From the NCBI RefSeq assembly GCF_001194135.2, contig NC_068991.1, positions 48,986,008 through 49,050,007 of the forward strand: a stretch of 64,000 bases of DNA. The letters run 5' to 3'. The notes under the pieces were generated by a model. The model searched no databases. It was not told the DNA's origin and saw only the letters and a list, made by a program, of their open reading frames with translations. Below are positions 52,291 through 64,000 of this stretch, one piece after another; positions within the stretch are counted from its first letter, which is position 1, and every line of letters begins with the position of its first letter. The DNA comes from Octopus bimaculoides. Lineage: Eukaryota. The translations under genes and the position numbers were made by a program.

Positions 52291-52939
52291 ATTTGTGTAC
52301 ATGCATATTTAAATATAGCATATATATACATATACATACATCAGCACGTATGCGTGAGTGAAGGCGTGGCCTGTGTGAGGGTGGAAGACGCACGTGGATG
52401 TACAATGCATGCTGCTGTATGTGCACTCAACATGAAAAAATGTGTTTATATGACCGCATATAAGTGCATAAGTATGCAAGTATATTTTATATATACGTGT
52501 GTATATGTGTATACATATTCATATATCCATACACATATGTATACATGTTTGTGTGTGTATACCCATATATATGTGTATGTGTGTGTGTTTATATATTTTT
52601 TTGTTTGTATATTATATGTATAACATAGGCGCATACAACCTTACGAGCACATGCAAGCAAATACATTTATATTCATTATAAATATATGGCAGTCAAGCTT
52701 CCCCATACACACAAGATAGTAGGCTTGTAAAAGCTTGTGTATGTGTACGGAGCGTGTTTATAAACATACATGAGACTTGTATCCAGCATAAATATGCATC
52801 AGAACATTTGGAAAATATGATGTATATTTTGATAGATAGAAATATATACCTATCTATGTATCAAAATGTACATAAAAATGCATACATATATATAAATACA
52901 CACACACACATATACGTACATACACATATACATATATGT

Positions 52940-52978
<39 letters not shown>

Positions 52979-53640
52979 NNNNNNNNNNNNNNNNNNNNNN
53001 NNNNNNNNNNNNNNNNNNNNNNNNNNNNNNNNNNNNNNNNNNNNNNNNNNNNNNNNNNNNNNNNNNNNNNNNNNNNNNNNNNNNNNNNNNNNNNNNNNNN
53101 NNNNNNNNNNNNNNNNNNNNNNNNNNNNNNNNNNNNNNNNNNNNNNNNNNNNNNNNNNNNNNNNNNNNNNNNNNNNNNNNNNNNNNNNNNNNNNNNNNNN
53201 NNNNNNNNNNNNNNNNNNNNNNNNNNNNNNNNNNNNNNNNNNNNNNNNNNNNNNNNNNNNNNNNNNNNNNNNNNNNNNNNNNNNNNNNNNNNNNNNNNNN
53301 NNNNNNNNNNNNNNNNNNNNNNNNNNNNNNNNNNNNNNNNNNNNNNNNNNNNNNNNNNNNNNNNNNNNNNNNNNNNNNNNNNNNNNNNNNNNNNNNNNNN
53401 NNNNNNNNNNNNNNNNNNNNNNNNNNNNNNNNNNNNNNNNNNNNNNNNNNNNNNNNNNNNNNNNNNNNNNNNNNNNNNNNNNNNNNNNNNNNNNNNNNNN
53501 NNNNNNNNNNNNNNNNNNNNNNNNNNNNNNNNNNNNNNNNNNNNNNNNNNNNNNNNNNNNNNNNNNNNNNNNNNNNNNNNNNNNNNNNNNNNNNNNNNNN
53601 NNNNNNNNNNNNNNNNNNNNNNNNNNNNNNNNNNNTATAT

Positions 53641-53924
53641 ATATTGATAGAAATGGTAAGACAACAAAAGAATGAAAGAGACCTCGATATTATGTAAATA
53701 GAGGAATTTATCTGTAAATATAATGTGTGACAATTATACGGTAGCCATGATACAACTCCGAGTTTCGGATGCCGGCATGGGTTTCCACCCCGACATCCGA
53801 AAGTCGGAGTTTTATCATAGCTACCGAATAATTGTCACATATTATATTTACAGATACATTCCTCTATTTACATAATATCGAGGTCTCTTTCATTCTTTTG
53901 TTGTCTTACCATTTCTATCAATAT
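53641..53924. repeat. Near-perfect about 285 bp palindrome (about 135 bp arms, about 14 nt loop) in (TA)n
   Basis: ATATTGATAGAAATGGTAAGACAACAAAAGAATGAAAGAGACCTCGATATTATGTAAATAGAGG... and its reverse complement ...CCTCTATTTACATAATATCGAGGTCTCTTTCATTCTTTTGTTGTCTTACCATTTCTATCAATAT. Confidence 0.95.
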
Positions 53925-55152
53925 ATATATATATACACACACATATATATTGTCAGTCCAATGGAGCTATAACCTCATTACAGAATATGTAATCCAGGAG
54001 ATTCCACTGGTTGATTTCTACCATATGATACGAAGGTCACTTGTATAAATTAAGGATTATTATAATTATATATATTATTAATATTGAAGGAAAGAAAATG
54101 GAGAGAATTAAATGTGTGAAAAATGTATTTGTATGTTAAAAAATGTTGAAACATTTATTTTAAAAACATTAAAATATATTCCTGTTTTATCCCCTAGTTA
54201 ATTAAAAATTCTAAGCATTTGGTTAAATGCTAAAAAAAATATCATACTCTAGCTATATGGGGTAGAATTTCTTCAGGGTTTTTTATGAGCTTGTACGGCT
54301 CAGGTTATCATTTTTAAAGGATGCATGGAGAGTTTGTAGTGGGTTAAAGAAGTTAAATGCTATATATAATAAGTGTATCTAGGGGTGAGTTATAAATATT
54401 CATGAATTGATCTTATATTAGAAAATAACATAAAAAGTAAAATAAAATAATAACGATAAGAAACATAAAATAAAAATAGAATAACATAATATAATGAAAT
54501 AAAACAAAGTAAAAACTAATTAAAAGTAGAAATACATAAATAGATGGAAATTAGGTAATACATATGTATATACATATATATATAGATGTGTGTGTGTATG
54601 TGTGCATGTATATGTAAGATATATGTAGGAAAAAAATATATTGCTTCGAAAAAAAGAAAAAAAGGAAAATATATATGCATAAGATATAAATAAATAAATA
54701 ATCATTTGAAAGGAGAAGAAAAATAACACTTTAGAATGTGGGGGAGACTAAAACTAATATAGTAAATAAATGAATGATAGGTGAGAAGATAAAGATTATT
54801 ATACAACGGTTTTATAAAAATAAATCGATTTTTTCTATTAGTTTGTTGATAGATACAGTTGTGGAAAAGTAATGATGAGTAGCAATATGGGGTGTAATGA
54901 GGATCGGGGATAGACGAAAGTTTGAAAATTTACCGTTATGATATGTATCTAGTACAACTTAGCTTATAAGCGGTTATTCGTAGGTATGTATATATAAACT
55001 ATACTATTTTATATAGAGATTGTTAACATTAACAATATTCAGAAACAGACTAGAATTGAAGTGCTCAAAATGAGCTAAGTTCCAATTTATAATTTGAATG
55101 GAGGCAATACGAGCGGAAAACTAGAACGCCACGCATTCTTTTCGAAGTAAGT

Positions 55153-55216
<64 letters not shown>

Positions 55217-55248
55217 TTAGTAAATAGTGGTGTTGTGTTAACTTTCAT

Positions 55249-55286
<38 letters not shown>

Positions 55287-55707
55287 ATTAATGTATTCAC
55301 GCGTTGGGCTGGAAACATACTTACTCGGAAGTATCTATTTGAATATATAAATGTACAGACTAATATATTTGTGTATATATCATCTATTATGTGCTAGTGT
55401 CAATAGCTTACTAAAATACATTGGGATTATTTAATGCATGTACCGGGTTTATACTTAGATTAAACAATAACGAAAATAAAAATGAAATTATATGATAATG
55501 TACGTTAGTGGGGGAAATTTGTAAATACATAAATAAGGATATGGACAAAAACATACAATCAAGGGAATGTTATTAAGATTGAGGCATTTTATACTTATAT
55601 AGCAAGTTGTGGATTTAATAGGTATCTAATTAATTGAGAAACATATTTAGTAGAATTAATGGTGTATGTTTGATCAGAAGATATAAGAGATGTTGATTAT
55701 AGAATAA

Positions 55708-56150
55708 TTAATGGTATTTATAGAATAGATATTTATGGGTATGTAAACAAGGGTAGATATTCGACCCTCCCGTTTAGTAATCTTTTAGTAGAGGAAAGAA
55801 TATTATAGCGTCCATATGTACAAAGCTGACAATACTTATCCAGTGGAAAAAACAATTTTGCAGAAGAAAGAGTATTCCATTTAATATTATACATTACATT
55901 GCTGTCTTTTAATTTCCAAATTAATTTACTTAGACTAAGTTTAAGCGGATTATCAGAATTACGAAAAGAATATTGGTGGTTCGAAATTCTAACCTTAATA
56001 AATGTCGAGGAAGTACCAATATAGTAGAATAAGAACCAATATAGTAGAAGTGTTTACCGCCAGTTTCAACTATAGCTTGGTACACTACATTTTTTCTTTT
56101 CCAGTAATTTTAGAATTTACAATGATCTTTAAATCTACAATCGCAGAAAT
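55708..56150 (-). pseudogene. Penelope-type GIY-YIG endonuclease relic
   Basis: CDCRFKDHC..NVVYQAIVETGGKHFYYIG(S/T)SSTFIKVRISNH...CLHTHKYLFYKYH*, with stops and a small duplication of the YIG codons. Confidence 0.8.
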
Positions 56151-56799
56151 TAGTTATGTTACGGCTGGAAGTAAGAGGTGCGTTGGGGCGAGCAATCTCC
56201 CATGACACCCGTGCATGAACGAATGACCTGTAATAATATGGTCCAAATTGTTCACACTCAGTACAAAATTTATCTAATTTAGTAGAATTTAGAGAAGATA
56301 TATATATATATAAATAAATTATGAGTAACTAAAAAGCCACATCGAAAAAGTCTGCCATAGTTAATAAAATAATCACAAAAATAAAAATAACATATTAGCC
56401 TCCGTCAATGTAAATAATAACATTTATCCAACCATAAAAAAATTATTATTATTATATTGATAACATTAAGTTTAGCACTGCTTACAGTGTTGGAAGAGAT
56501 AGGAGCTGTATGCTTTGTATTGGATCCAAAATCGAAAAATATCGTGGTGCCACTTTTGGTGTTGGCAGGATGGAGGGAAATATTGTATGGTTGATTTTGC
56601 ATTTCGCTGTGCAAGTAAAATCTGACCTTTTCAATATAATGCCCTGGTTGGTAGATGAACATTTTTCTCCTAATAAAAATTACAGTGAATTGCTCCATGA
56701 CAGAATTTTTTCGATGTGGCTTTTCAGTTACTCGTAATCTATTTATATATATATATCTTCTCTAAATTCTACTAAATTAGATACATTTTGTGCTGAATG

Positions 56800-57103
56800 T
56801 GCTTCTTCGACATTTATTAAGGTTAGAATTTCGAACCACTAATATTCTTTTCGTAATTCTGATAATCCACTTCGACTTAATATATTAATCTGGAAATTAA
56901 AAGACAGCAATGTAATTTGTAATATTAAATGGAATACTCTTTTTTCTGCAAAACTGTTTTTTCCACTGGATAAGTATTGTCAGCTTTGTAAATATGGACG
57001 CTATAATATTCTTTTCTCAATTAAAAAATTGATAAACGAGAGGGTCGAAAGATTCTGCTCTTTTTTACATACCCATAAATATCTATTCTATAAATACCAT
57101 TAA
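56800..57103 (+). pseudogene. GIY-YIG C-terminal relic (right arm, VVY..YIG segment deleted)
   Basis: SSTFIKVRISNH*YSFRNS..IWKLKDSNVICNIKW..CQLCKY..LINERVE..HTHKYLFYKYH*. Confidence 0.8.
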
Positions 57104-58862
57104 TTATTCTTGAATCAACAACATCTCTTATATTTTCTGATCAAACATACATCATCAATTCTACTAAATATGTTTCTCAATTAATTAGATACCTATTAGA
57201 TCCATAGCTTATATCTTTAACTGTTGACGCTATATAAATATAAAATAATATGCCTCAATTTTGATAACATTCCCTTAAATATATATTTTTTCTCCATACC
57301 CACTATTTATTTATTTACAAATTTTCTCTACTAAAGTACCTTATCGTATATTTCCTTTTTTCGCTAATTTTAAATCTAAGTATAAACCCAGTGCATACAT
57401 TAGATAGTCCCAATGTATTTTAGTAATCTATTGACAATAACACTTAAATATTAATATAGATGATATATACTCACATATATGAGTCTATACATAAATATAT
57501 TCAAATAGATACTTCCGAGCAAATATGTTTTGGTATGTGCATCCAAAAGTGTGAATACATTAATTTGAATATATATATATATATATTGTCATTACACCCC
57601 ATATTGCTACTCATCATTACTTTTCCACAACTGTATCTATGAACAAACCAATAGAAAAAAATCTATTTATTTTTATAAAACCGTTGTATAATAATCCTTA
57701 TCTTCTCACCTATCATTCATTTATTTACTATATTAGTTTTAGTCTCCCTCACATTCTAAAGTGTTATTTTTCTTCTCCTTTCAAGTGATTATTTATTTAT
57801 ATCTTATTGCATATATATTTTCGTTTTTTTTTTCGAAGCAATATATTTTTTACTATATGTATCTTACATACACACNNNNNNNNNNNNNNNNNNNNNNNNN
57901 NNNNNNNNNNNNNNNNNNNNNNNNNNNNNNNNNNNNNNNNNNNNNNNNNNNNNNNNNNNNNNNNNNNNNNNNNNNNNNNNNNNNNNNNNNNNNNNNNNNN
58001 NNNNNNNNNNNNNNNNNNNNNNNNNNNNNNNNNNNNNNNNNNNNNNNNNNNNNNNNNNNNNNNNNNNNNNNNNNNNNNNNNNNNNNNNNNNNNNNNNNNN
58101 NNNNNNNNNNNNNNNNNNNNNNNNNNNNNNNNNNNNNNNNNNNNNNNNNNNNNNNNNNNNNNNNNNNNNNNNNNNNNNNNNNNNNNNNNNNNNNNNNNNN
58201 NNNNNNNNNNNNNNNNNNNNNNNNNNNNNNNNNNNNNNNNNNNNNNNNNNNNNNNNNNNNNNNNNNNNNNNNNNNNNNNNNNNNNNNNNNNNNNNNNNNN
58301 NNNNNNNNNNNNNNNNNNNNNNNNNNNNNNNNNNNNNNNNNNNNNNNNNNNNNNNNNNNNNNNNNNNNNNNNNNNNNNNNNNNNNNNNNNNNNNNNNNNN
58401 NNNNNNNNNNNNNNNNNNNNNNNNNNNNNNNNNNNNNNNNNNNNNNNNNNNNNNNNNNNNNNNNNNNNNNNNNNNNNNNNNNNNNNNNNNNNNNNNNNNN
58501 NNNNNNNNNNNNNNNNNNNNNNNNNNNNNNNNNNNNNNNNNNNNNNNNNNNNNNNNNNNNNNNNNNNNNNNNNNNNNNNNNNNNNNNNNNNNNNNNNNNN
58601 NNNNNNNNNNNNNNNNNNNNNNNNNNNNNNNNNNNNNNNNNNNNNNNNNNNNNNNNNNNNNNNNNNNNNNNNNNNNNNNNNNNNNNNNNNNNNNNNNNNN
58701 NNNNNNNNNNNNNNNNNNNNNNNNNNNNNNNNNNNNNNNNNNNNNNNNNNNNNNNGCTACAATTTATTTGTATTGTAATGTTTTAAAAAGAAATTTTTAA
58801 ACATTTTTAAACATACTAATAAATTTTTTATACATTCAATTCTCTCCATTTTCTTTCCTTCA

Positions 58863-58896
<34 letters not shown>

Positions 58897-59274
58897 TTGT
58901 CTGTCTGTCTGTCTGTCTGTATTTATGTGGGCCTGTGAGTGTGTGTATGTGTATGTGTATGTGTGTGTGTGTGTGTATTAAATGAAGTATAAGGAAAGGA
59001 AAAATTATCGGTTTAAACGATTTTAATTCATATTCCAGGTTGGTACAGCACCAATATACATTCTACAAATTCTTTCGGGGTCTAGTTAATTCCAAAGACA
59101 AAAACGAAAATCTCTTATTGAAATAAAAATTAGATTCTTCGTCAGGAATTACATATCGGTATGAATAATTATGATCAACAAAAATATACAAAGATATTTC
59201 GTTGCCCAGACGAGAACGAACAAATAACAATAGAATGAAAGATAACTAGAACGCCACATAATTCAAAACCAAAA

Positions 59275-59305
<31 letters not shown>

Positions 59306-60407
59306 GACCGCTCCAGCTTTTTTTAACATGTCAATTCACGATATGAAAGTATCTAGTAACGACAGATAAATTTAATGAAGCGAAAATTAGCTACAAAAAT
59401 AATAGGGTTGACTAATCAAAAATTAAAAATTAAAACTACAAACCGATGTATTACCCACTAAAAAGTAATAAATGCCCTAATTTAATGTTAATAATATGGT
59501 AATATCAAACGAAAATAAAAAGAAAAAGAAAGAGCAATTCTTTTCTTTATACAATAGCCATCTCCGAGCAAAAGAATACAACGGAAAGAGAGAAAGAATA
59601 GTATCAGTGAAAGGAGAGGACAGAAAATAGTAATACAGTGAAGGATAGGTAGAGAGAGTAATAACCATGACAGAAAGGGAAAGAGAAAGTAATAACCGTC
59701 TGAGAAAGAAAAACGCGGAGAAAGGAAGGGGCGAATAAAGTAAACAAACAGCCATTCAACTCTGTGTGAGTATATGTATATATGTGTGTATATGAAAAAG
59801 GAGGTATGTGAATGTTTGTGCGTGTATATGTGTGCGTGTGTGTGTGTGTGTGTGCGTACGTAATGGAAACGTACAACTATGAAAATTAAAAAACTGACAT
59901 CATTCCAATTCAGTTTGAGTACATGTGTGTGCTTAGGAAATATGTAAATGCGTGTATCTGTGATTATTCTGTACTTCATTTTGTACCTTGTTTAGATAAC
60001 AATTAACCATCAATTATAAATGGTACGGGGTCAGTTAATATGTATGTATATNNNNNNNNNNNNNNNNNNNNNNNNNNNNNNNNNNNNNNNNNNNNNNNNN
60101 NNNNNNNNNNNNNNNNNNNNNNNNNNNNNNNNNNNNNNNNNNNNNNNNNNNNNNNNNNNNNNNNNNNNNNNNNNNNNNNNNNNNNNNNNNNNNNNNNNNN
60201 NNNNNNNNNNNNNNNNNNNNNNNNNNNNNNNNNNNNNNNNNNNNNNNNNNNNNNNNNNNNNNNNNNNNNNNNNNNNNNNNNNNNNNNNNNNNNNNNNNNN
60301 NNNNNNNNNNNNNNNNNNNNNNNNNNNNNNNNNNNNNNNNNNNNNNNNNNNNNNNNNNNNNNNNNNNNNNNNNNNNNNNNNNNNNNNNNNNNNNNNNNNN
60401 NNNNNNN

Positions 60408-60446
<39 letters not shown>

Positions 60447-60449
60447 CTC

Positions 60450-61079
60450 TTAGAGGAAAAAGGACAAGGAAAACCAAGGCAGGACGAGTTTCTCAAGTCG
60501 TTTAGAATATTTAATTAGAGTCAGGTGAGTTTGAGATAATTAATTAATTAATTAATTATTGTATGTTTTACAGTTGTTTCCGGGATATCCCAAGGGATAG
60601 GTGAGCATCTCCATACACTGAGTTATCTGTCATCAGAGACAAAGTGAGTATGTATGAAAGTTTATAAAGGAATAAAATAGGAGATAGAAGAATAAAGAGT
60701 AAAACAGTAAATAAAATACAGACAGGAGAATAAAGTTCACAGCTCATCTTCTTTAAGAGGGTATGGAGGTTAGTCCATACTTCCGTGAAATTATAGATCC
60801 CAGGTAAATCCAGATAAGGCAGTATTTTGAATGTTGAGTTCATGTCGAAGGAATAGATCAAGCGGATAGCTAGTATGAAAATGGTCCACGTGGATATATA
60901 AAGTGAGAAAACAGACATTATGATAGACAGATATGGGTTGTGCATCTCACAGAAACGGCTGTAAGAATCCAATAATTAATTAATTAGCTAATTAATTCAT
61001 TCATTCATATGACTCTAAATATTCTAAATGACTTGAGATACTCGTCCTTCCTTGGTTTTTGTTGTCCTTTTTCCTCTAA
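60450..61079. mobile_element. About 630 bp element with about 130 bp inverted arms, each ending in a hammerhead 3' half
   Basis: TAGAGGAAAAAGGACAAGGAAAACCAAGGCAGGACGAGTTTCTCAAGTC versus GACTTGAGATACTCGTCCTTCCTTGGTTTTTGTTGTCCTTTTTCCTCTA. GAAACAACTGTAA (-) and GAAACGGCTGTAA (+) are in inverted orientation. Confidence 0.8.
60564..60641 (-). ncRNA. Type I hammerhead fold with canonical CUGAUGA core and long helix II region
   Basis: Minus strand: TGTCT-CTGATGA-C..about 48 nt..CCCG-GAAA-CAACTG-TA-AAACA. One mismatch in helix I, and helix II is imperfect. Confidence 0.55.
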
Positions 61080-61700
61080 TATATACCTGCTAACTCGGAA
61101 GCCTACTACCGAACCCTAGGCTCCAACTTCAGGTTTGAACTAGAGGAACCCAATGGATGACCAGTTATAGCACTAAGACAGCGTACCTATTCATTTAGAT
61201 CACTAATGAACTAAACCACTCATATTCTGTGTGTATATATGTATATATGTATATATGTATATATANNNNNNNNNNNNNNNNNNNNNNNNNNNNNNNNNNN
61301 NNNNNNNNNNNNNNNNNNNNNNNNNNNNNNNNNNNNNNNNNNNNNNNNNNNNNNNNNNNNNNNNNNNNNNNNNNNNNNNNNNNNNNNNNNNNNNNNNNNN
61401 NNNNNNNNNNNNNNNNNNNNNNNNNNNNNNNNNNNNNNNNNNNNNNNNNNNNNNNNNNNNNNNNNNNNNNNNNNNNNNNNNNNNNNNNNNNNNNNNNNNN
61501 NNNNNNNNNNNNNNNNNNNNNNNNNNNNNNNNNNNNNNNNNNNNNNNNNNNNNNNNNNNNNNNNNNNNNNNNNNNNNNNNNNNNNNNNNNNNNNNNNNNN
61601 NNNNNNNNNNNNNNNNNNNNNNNNNNNNNNNNNNNNNNNNNNNNNNNNNNNNNNNNNNNNNNNNNNNNNNNNNNNNNNNNNNNNNNNNNNNNNNNNNNNN

Positions 61701-61760
61701 GGGAGCGACAGGGGGAGGGGAAGGGAGCGACAGGGGGAGGGGAAGGGAGCGACAGGGGGA
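61701..61760. repeat. 22 bp G-rich minisatellite GGGAGCGACAGGGGGAGGGGAA bordering an N gap
   Basis: About 2.7 copies are visible immediately after the 61266-61700 gap. Confidence 0.85.
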
Positions 61761-61869
61761 GAGATAGAGGAAGAGAGAGGGAGAGATAGAGAAAGACAGA
61801 GGGAGAGAAATGAGAAGCAGATCCTGATTGACATCTACTAGTACTATAAATTTTTTACTACTTTCGTGA

Positions 61870-62090
61870 GTAACTTTCACACCTTGATGACCATACTTCT
61901 TCGCATTGCTTTCACGTCATACACCGGTCATTCATTCATCTAAGCCCAGTTTTCTTTGTGACCGTCAGGATATGGACTCTACTGAAGGCTTCATTCAGGT
62001 CAACAGAGATTAGATACAATGGCTTGCTCTTAGCTAAGCGTTCTGTGGTTTTTACACTATAGCTAACACCATCACCTAGAAGTTTGGATA
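61870..62090 (-). mobile_element. RTE RT fragment
   Basis: LAKSKPLYLISVDLNEAFSRV..RKLGLDE matches the YLAKNKPLYLAFVDLEKAFDRV-type RT motif. Confidence 0.6.
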
Positions 62091-62519
62091 CTTTTAACGG
62101 TGTTTTAAGTATTCAGGCTTGGTCTCAGGTTCGATAATAGCTTTCTTGCTTTCTCGCATGAGTCTTGGAGGACTTGTAAATCAGCATAGGCAATACATTT
62201 CTTCTTCTGGCTAAAAGTTTTAGAAAATTGGGCTTTTCTCGGTAACCACTGGGGATTACAAACAAAAGATACCAATGCAATTAAATACTCTAGAAGAAAT
62301 CGAAACCGAAGCTGTTGTAGAACGGTGGTTTAGCAGCATGCTACAACATGGTGGTACACTGCCTGATAGAAATAACTACCAAACCTCTTTTTAGAATTCT
62401 ACTTAACCGTCTTACAAAGGGACAGACTGGATAATAATGCTGCAGGTTTCTTTGGTTGTATCAGCTTGTTGAGAGCTAAGAAAGGGTTAAACAACAACGG
62501 CGCACACTGGAGATTCAGT

Positions 62520-62900
<381 letters not shown>

Positions 62901-63507
62901 TCAGAACCTGAAATCCGCTCGGTAAAGCTCAACTTAGTACGACATCTAAATACATTTGAAAATGTACAGACAGTAATGAACAAGAAAATGAAGTACCGTA
63001 AAGTGGTTTTATCATTAGATTGAACCTGAAGTGCCGGCGCTCAGCTTACCGGAAGCTAAGCACCAATTTACGACGCAAGGGCCGAGAATCAATATTCGTT
63101 TCATAAGAAATTTTTCTGAGACTGTACTCATATTGTTTTATCAAACTGAACAATCCACCCTTTTCTCACCTCTCCACCACCCTCTTTTCATACCTGACGC
63201 TCTTCTCCACACTCGAAGATACAATACCCACCATCACAACCACTATTACCAACACCACTACTACCACCACTACCCTTTTCGTTTCCTGTAGAGTGTGTCA
63301 CTTAGTTCCTGTTGCGAAAAGATCAATAACAACATCGGCTCAATAATTTGCAATCACCTAAGTGGTTTTTAAATGAACATAATAATAATAATAATAATAA
63401 TAATAGTGACTGAAGACTGTATCATATTACTTTCATCTTTACATTAGATATGTTTTTTACATTCGTTTTTGCACTACTCCACATCCTATATATGTGTTTG
63501 TGTGTGA

Positions 63508-63547
<40 letters not shown>

Positions 63548-64000
63548 GGATACCTGTCTTTTTCTCATTGTTTCGTTATTAATGCCTTTCGACTCATTGG
63601 TTTCTCCTGTTTCTATCTCCCTCTCATTCTCTCTCCCTCATTCATCTATCTACCTTGTTATCCATCTACCTGTCTATGTCCAGGCTCATGCATACACATA
63701 GGTATACACGTTCATACATATATGCCTATACATATGTACATACATAAATATATATATATACTTATATACACACACACACATATATATATATATACATATA
63801 TATTATACATATATATATCACTCCTTGCGGCAACACCTGTCTGTGTTTGGATTGTCCATGCACAGGGGCCATCCGGACTCCCGTTTGCGCCGTGAACAGG
63901 GATTAATCTTCTATCTTCGCTCCTTTGCGCCACATGGGCTCAACTCCCCTCCACTCTTCATCTAACCCCCTCCTCCTGTCTCTCTCCCCCACCCCCCCTC

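Larger units (their letters stand above)
54081..58865. mobile_element. About 4.8 kb inverted duplication of a Penelope-like element 3' region
   Basis: Left arm 54081-~56360 and right arm ~56695-58865 (part in an N gap) are reverse complements with a spacer of about 330 bp. Both arms encode PLE endonuclease relics reading outward. Confidence 0.85.
2436..61700. other. About 18 scaffold gaps (N runs), mostly bordered by (TA)n/(CA)n/(GA)n
   Basis: Examples: 2436-2774, 7506-8113, 25379-26146, 52979-53635, 57876-58755, 61266-61700. Confidence 0.95.

Noticed and set aside
54235-54280. CTGAAGA plus hairpin on the minus strand of the PLE arm
   Set aside because: GAAA is replaced by GATA and there is no helix I/III; at most a fossil.
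54180-57900. AT-rich block initially resembling a mitochondrial insertion (NUMT)
   Set aside because: No mitochondrial gene was recognised; translation gives a PLE GIY-YIG domain.
59068-59150. Minus-strand AATTC-CTGACGA...GAAA-GAATT
   Set aside because: Helix III and the cleavage triplet are missing and helix II is largely unpaired; cannot be called a ribozyme.
60568-60972. 134 aa hydrophobic ORF
   Set aside because: Lies inside the inverted-repeat element, has low-complexity AT-driven composition and no recognisable domain.

Overview
Eukaryotic, AT-rich and microsatellite-dense draft-assembly window with about 18 N gaps. The SINE, microsatellite and Penelope landscape looks like an octopus (coleoid cephalopod) genome; this is inference from pattern recognition, not a database match. 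One host gene is supported: a neuropeptide precursor with an uninterrupted CDS (872-1810, +). It has a signal peptide and 11 dibasic-flanked IREL(V/I)-G units giving 7 IRELVamide and 4 IRELIamide, which resemble the molluscan PRQFVamide/xREFVamide family. The units alternate with conserved acidic Tyr/Phe spacer peptides. The remaining ~62 kb holds no supportable host CDS. It is tRNA-derived SINEs, relics of RTE, CR1-like and R4/Dong LINEs, a decayed Tc1 transposon with TIRs, MITEs and a Helentron-type element. The most unusual layer is a set of Penelope-like elements built as outward-facing inverted repeats (26.6-26.8, 50.1-50.6, 53.6-53.9, 54.1-58.9 and 60.4-61.1 kb) or embedded in (TA)n. Several carry minimal type I hammerhead-ribozyme folds with palindromic helix III and non-canonical cores, including a G3:C8 compensatory swap. 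Nearly all other ORFs in the track are microsatellite or N-gap artefacts. No CRISPR array, rRNA or true tRNA gene was seen. Repeat boundaries were read by eye and are approximate; all ribozyme calls are fold predictions with no activity data.
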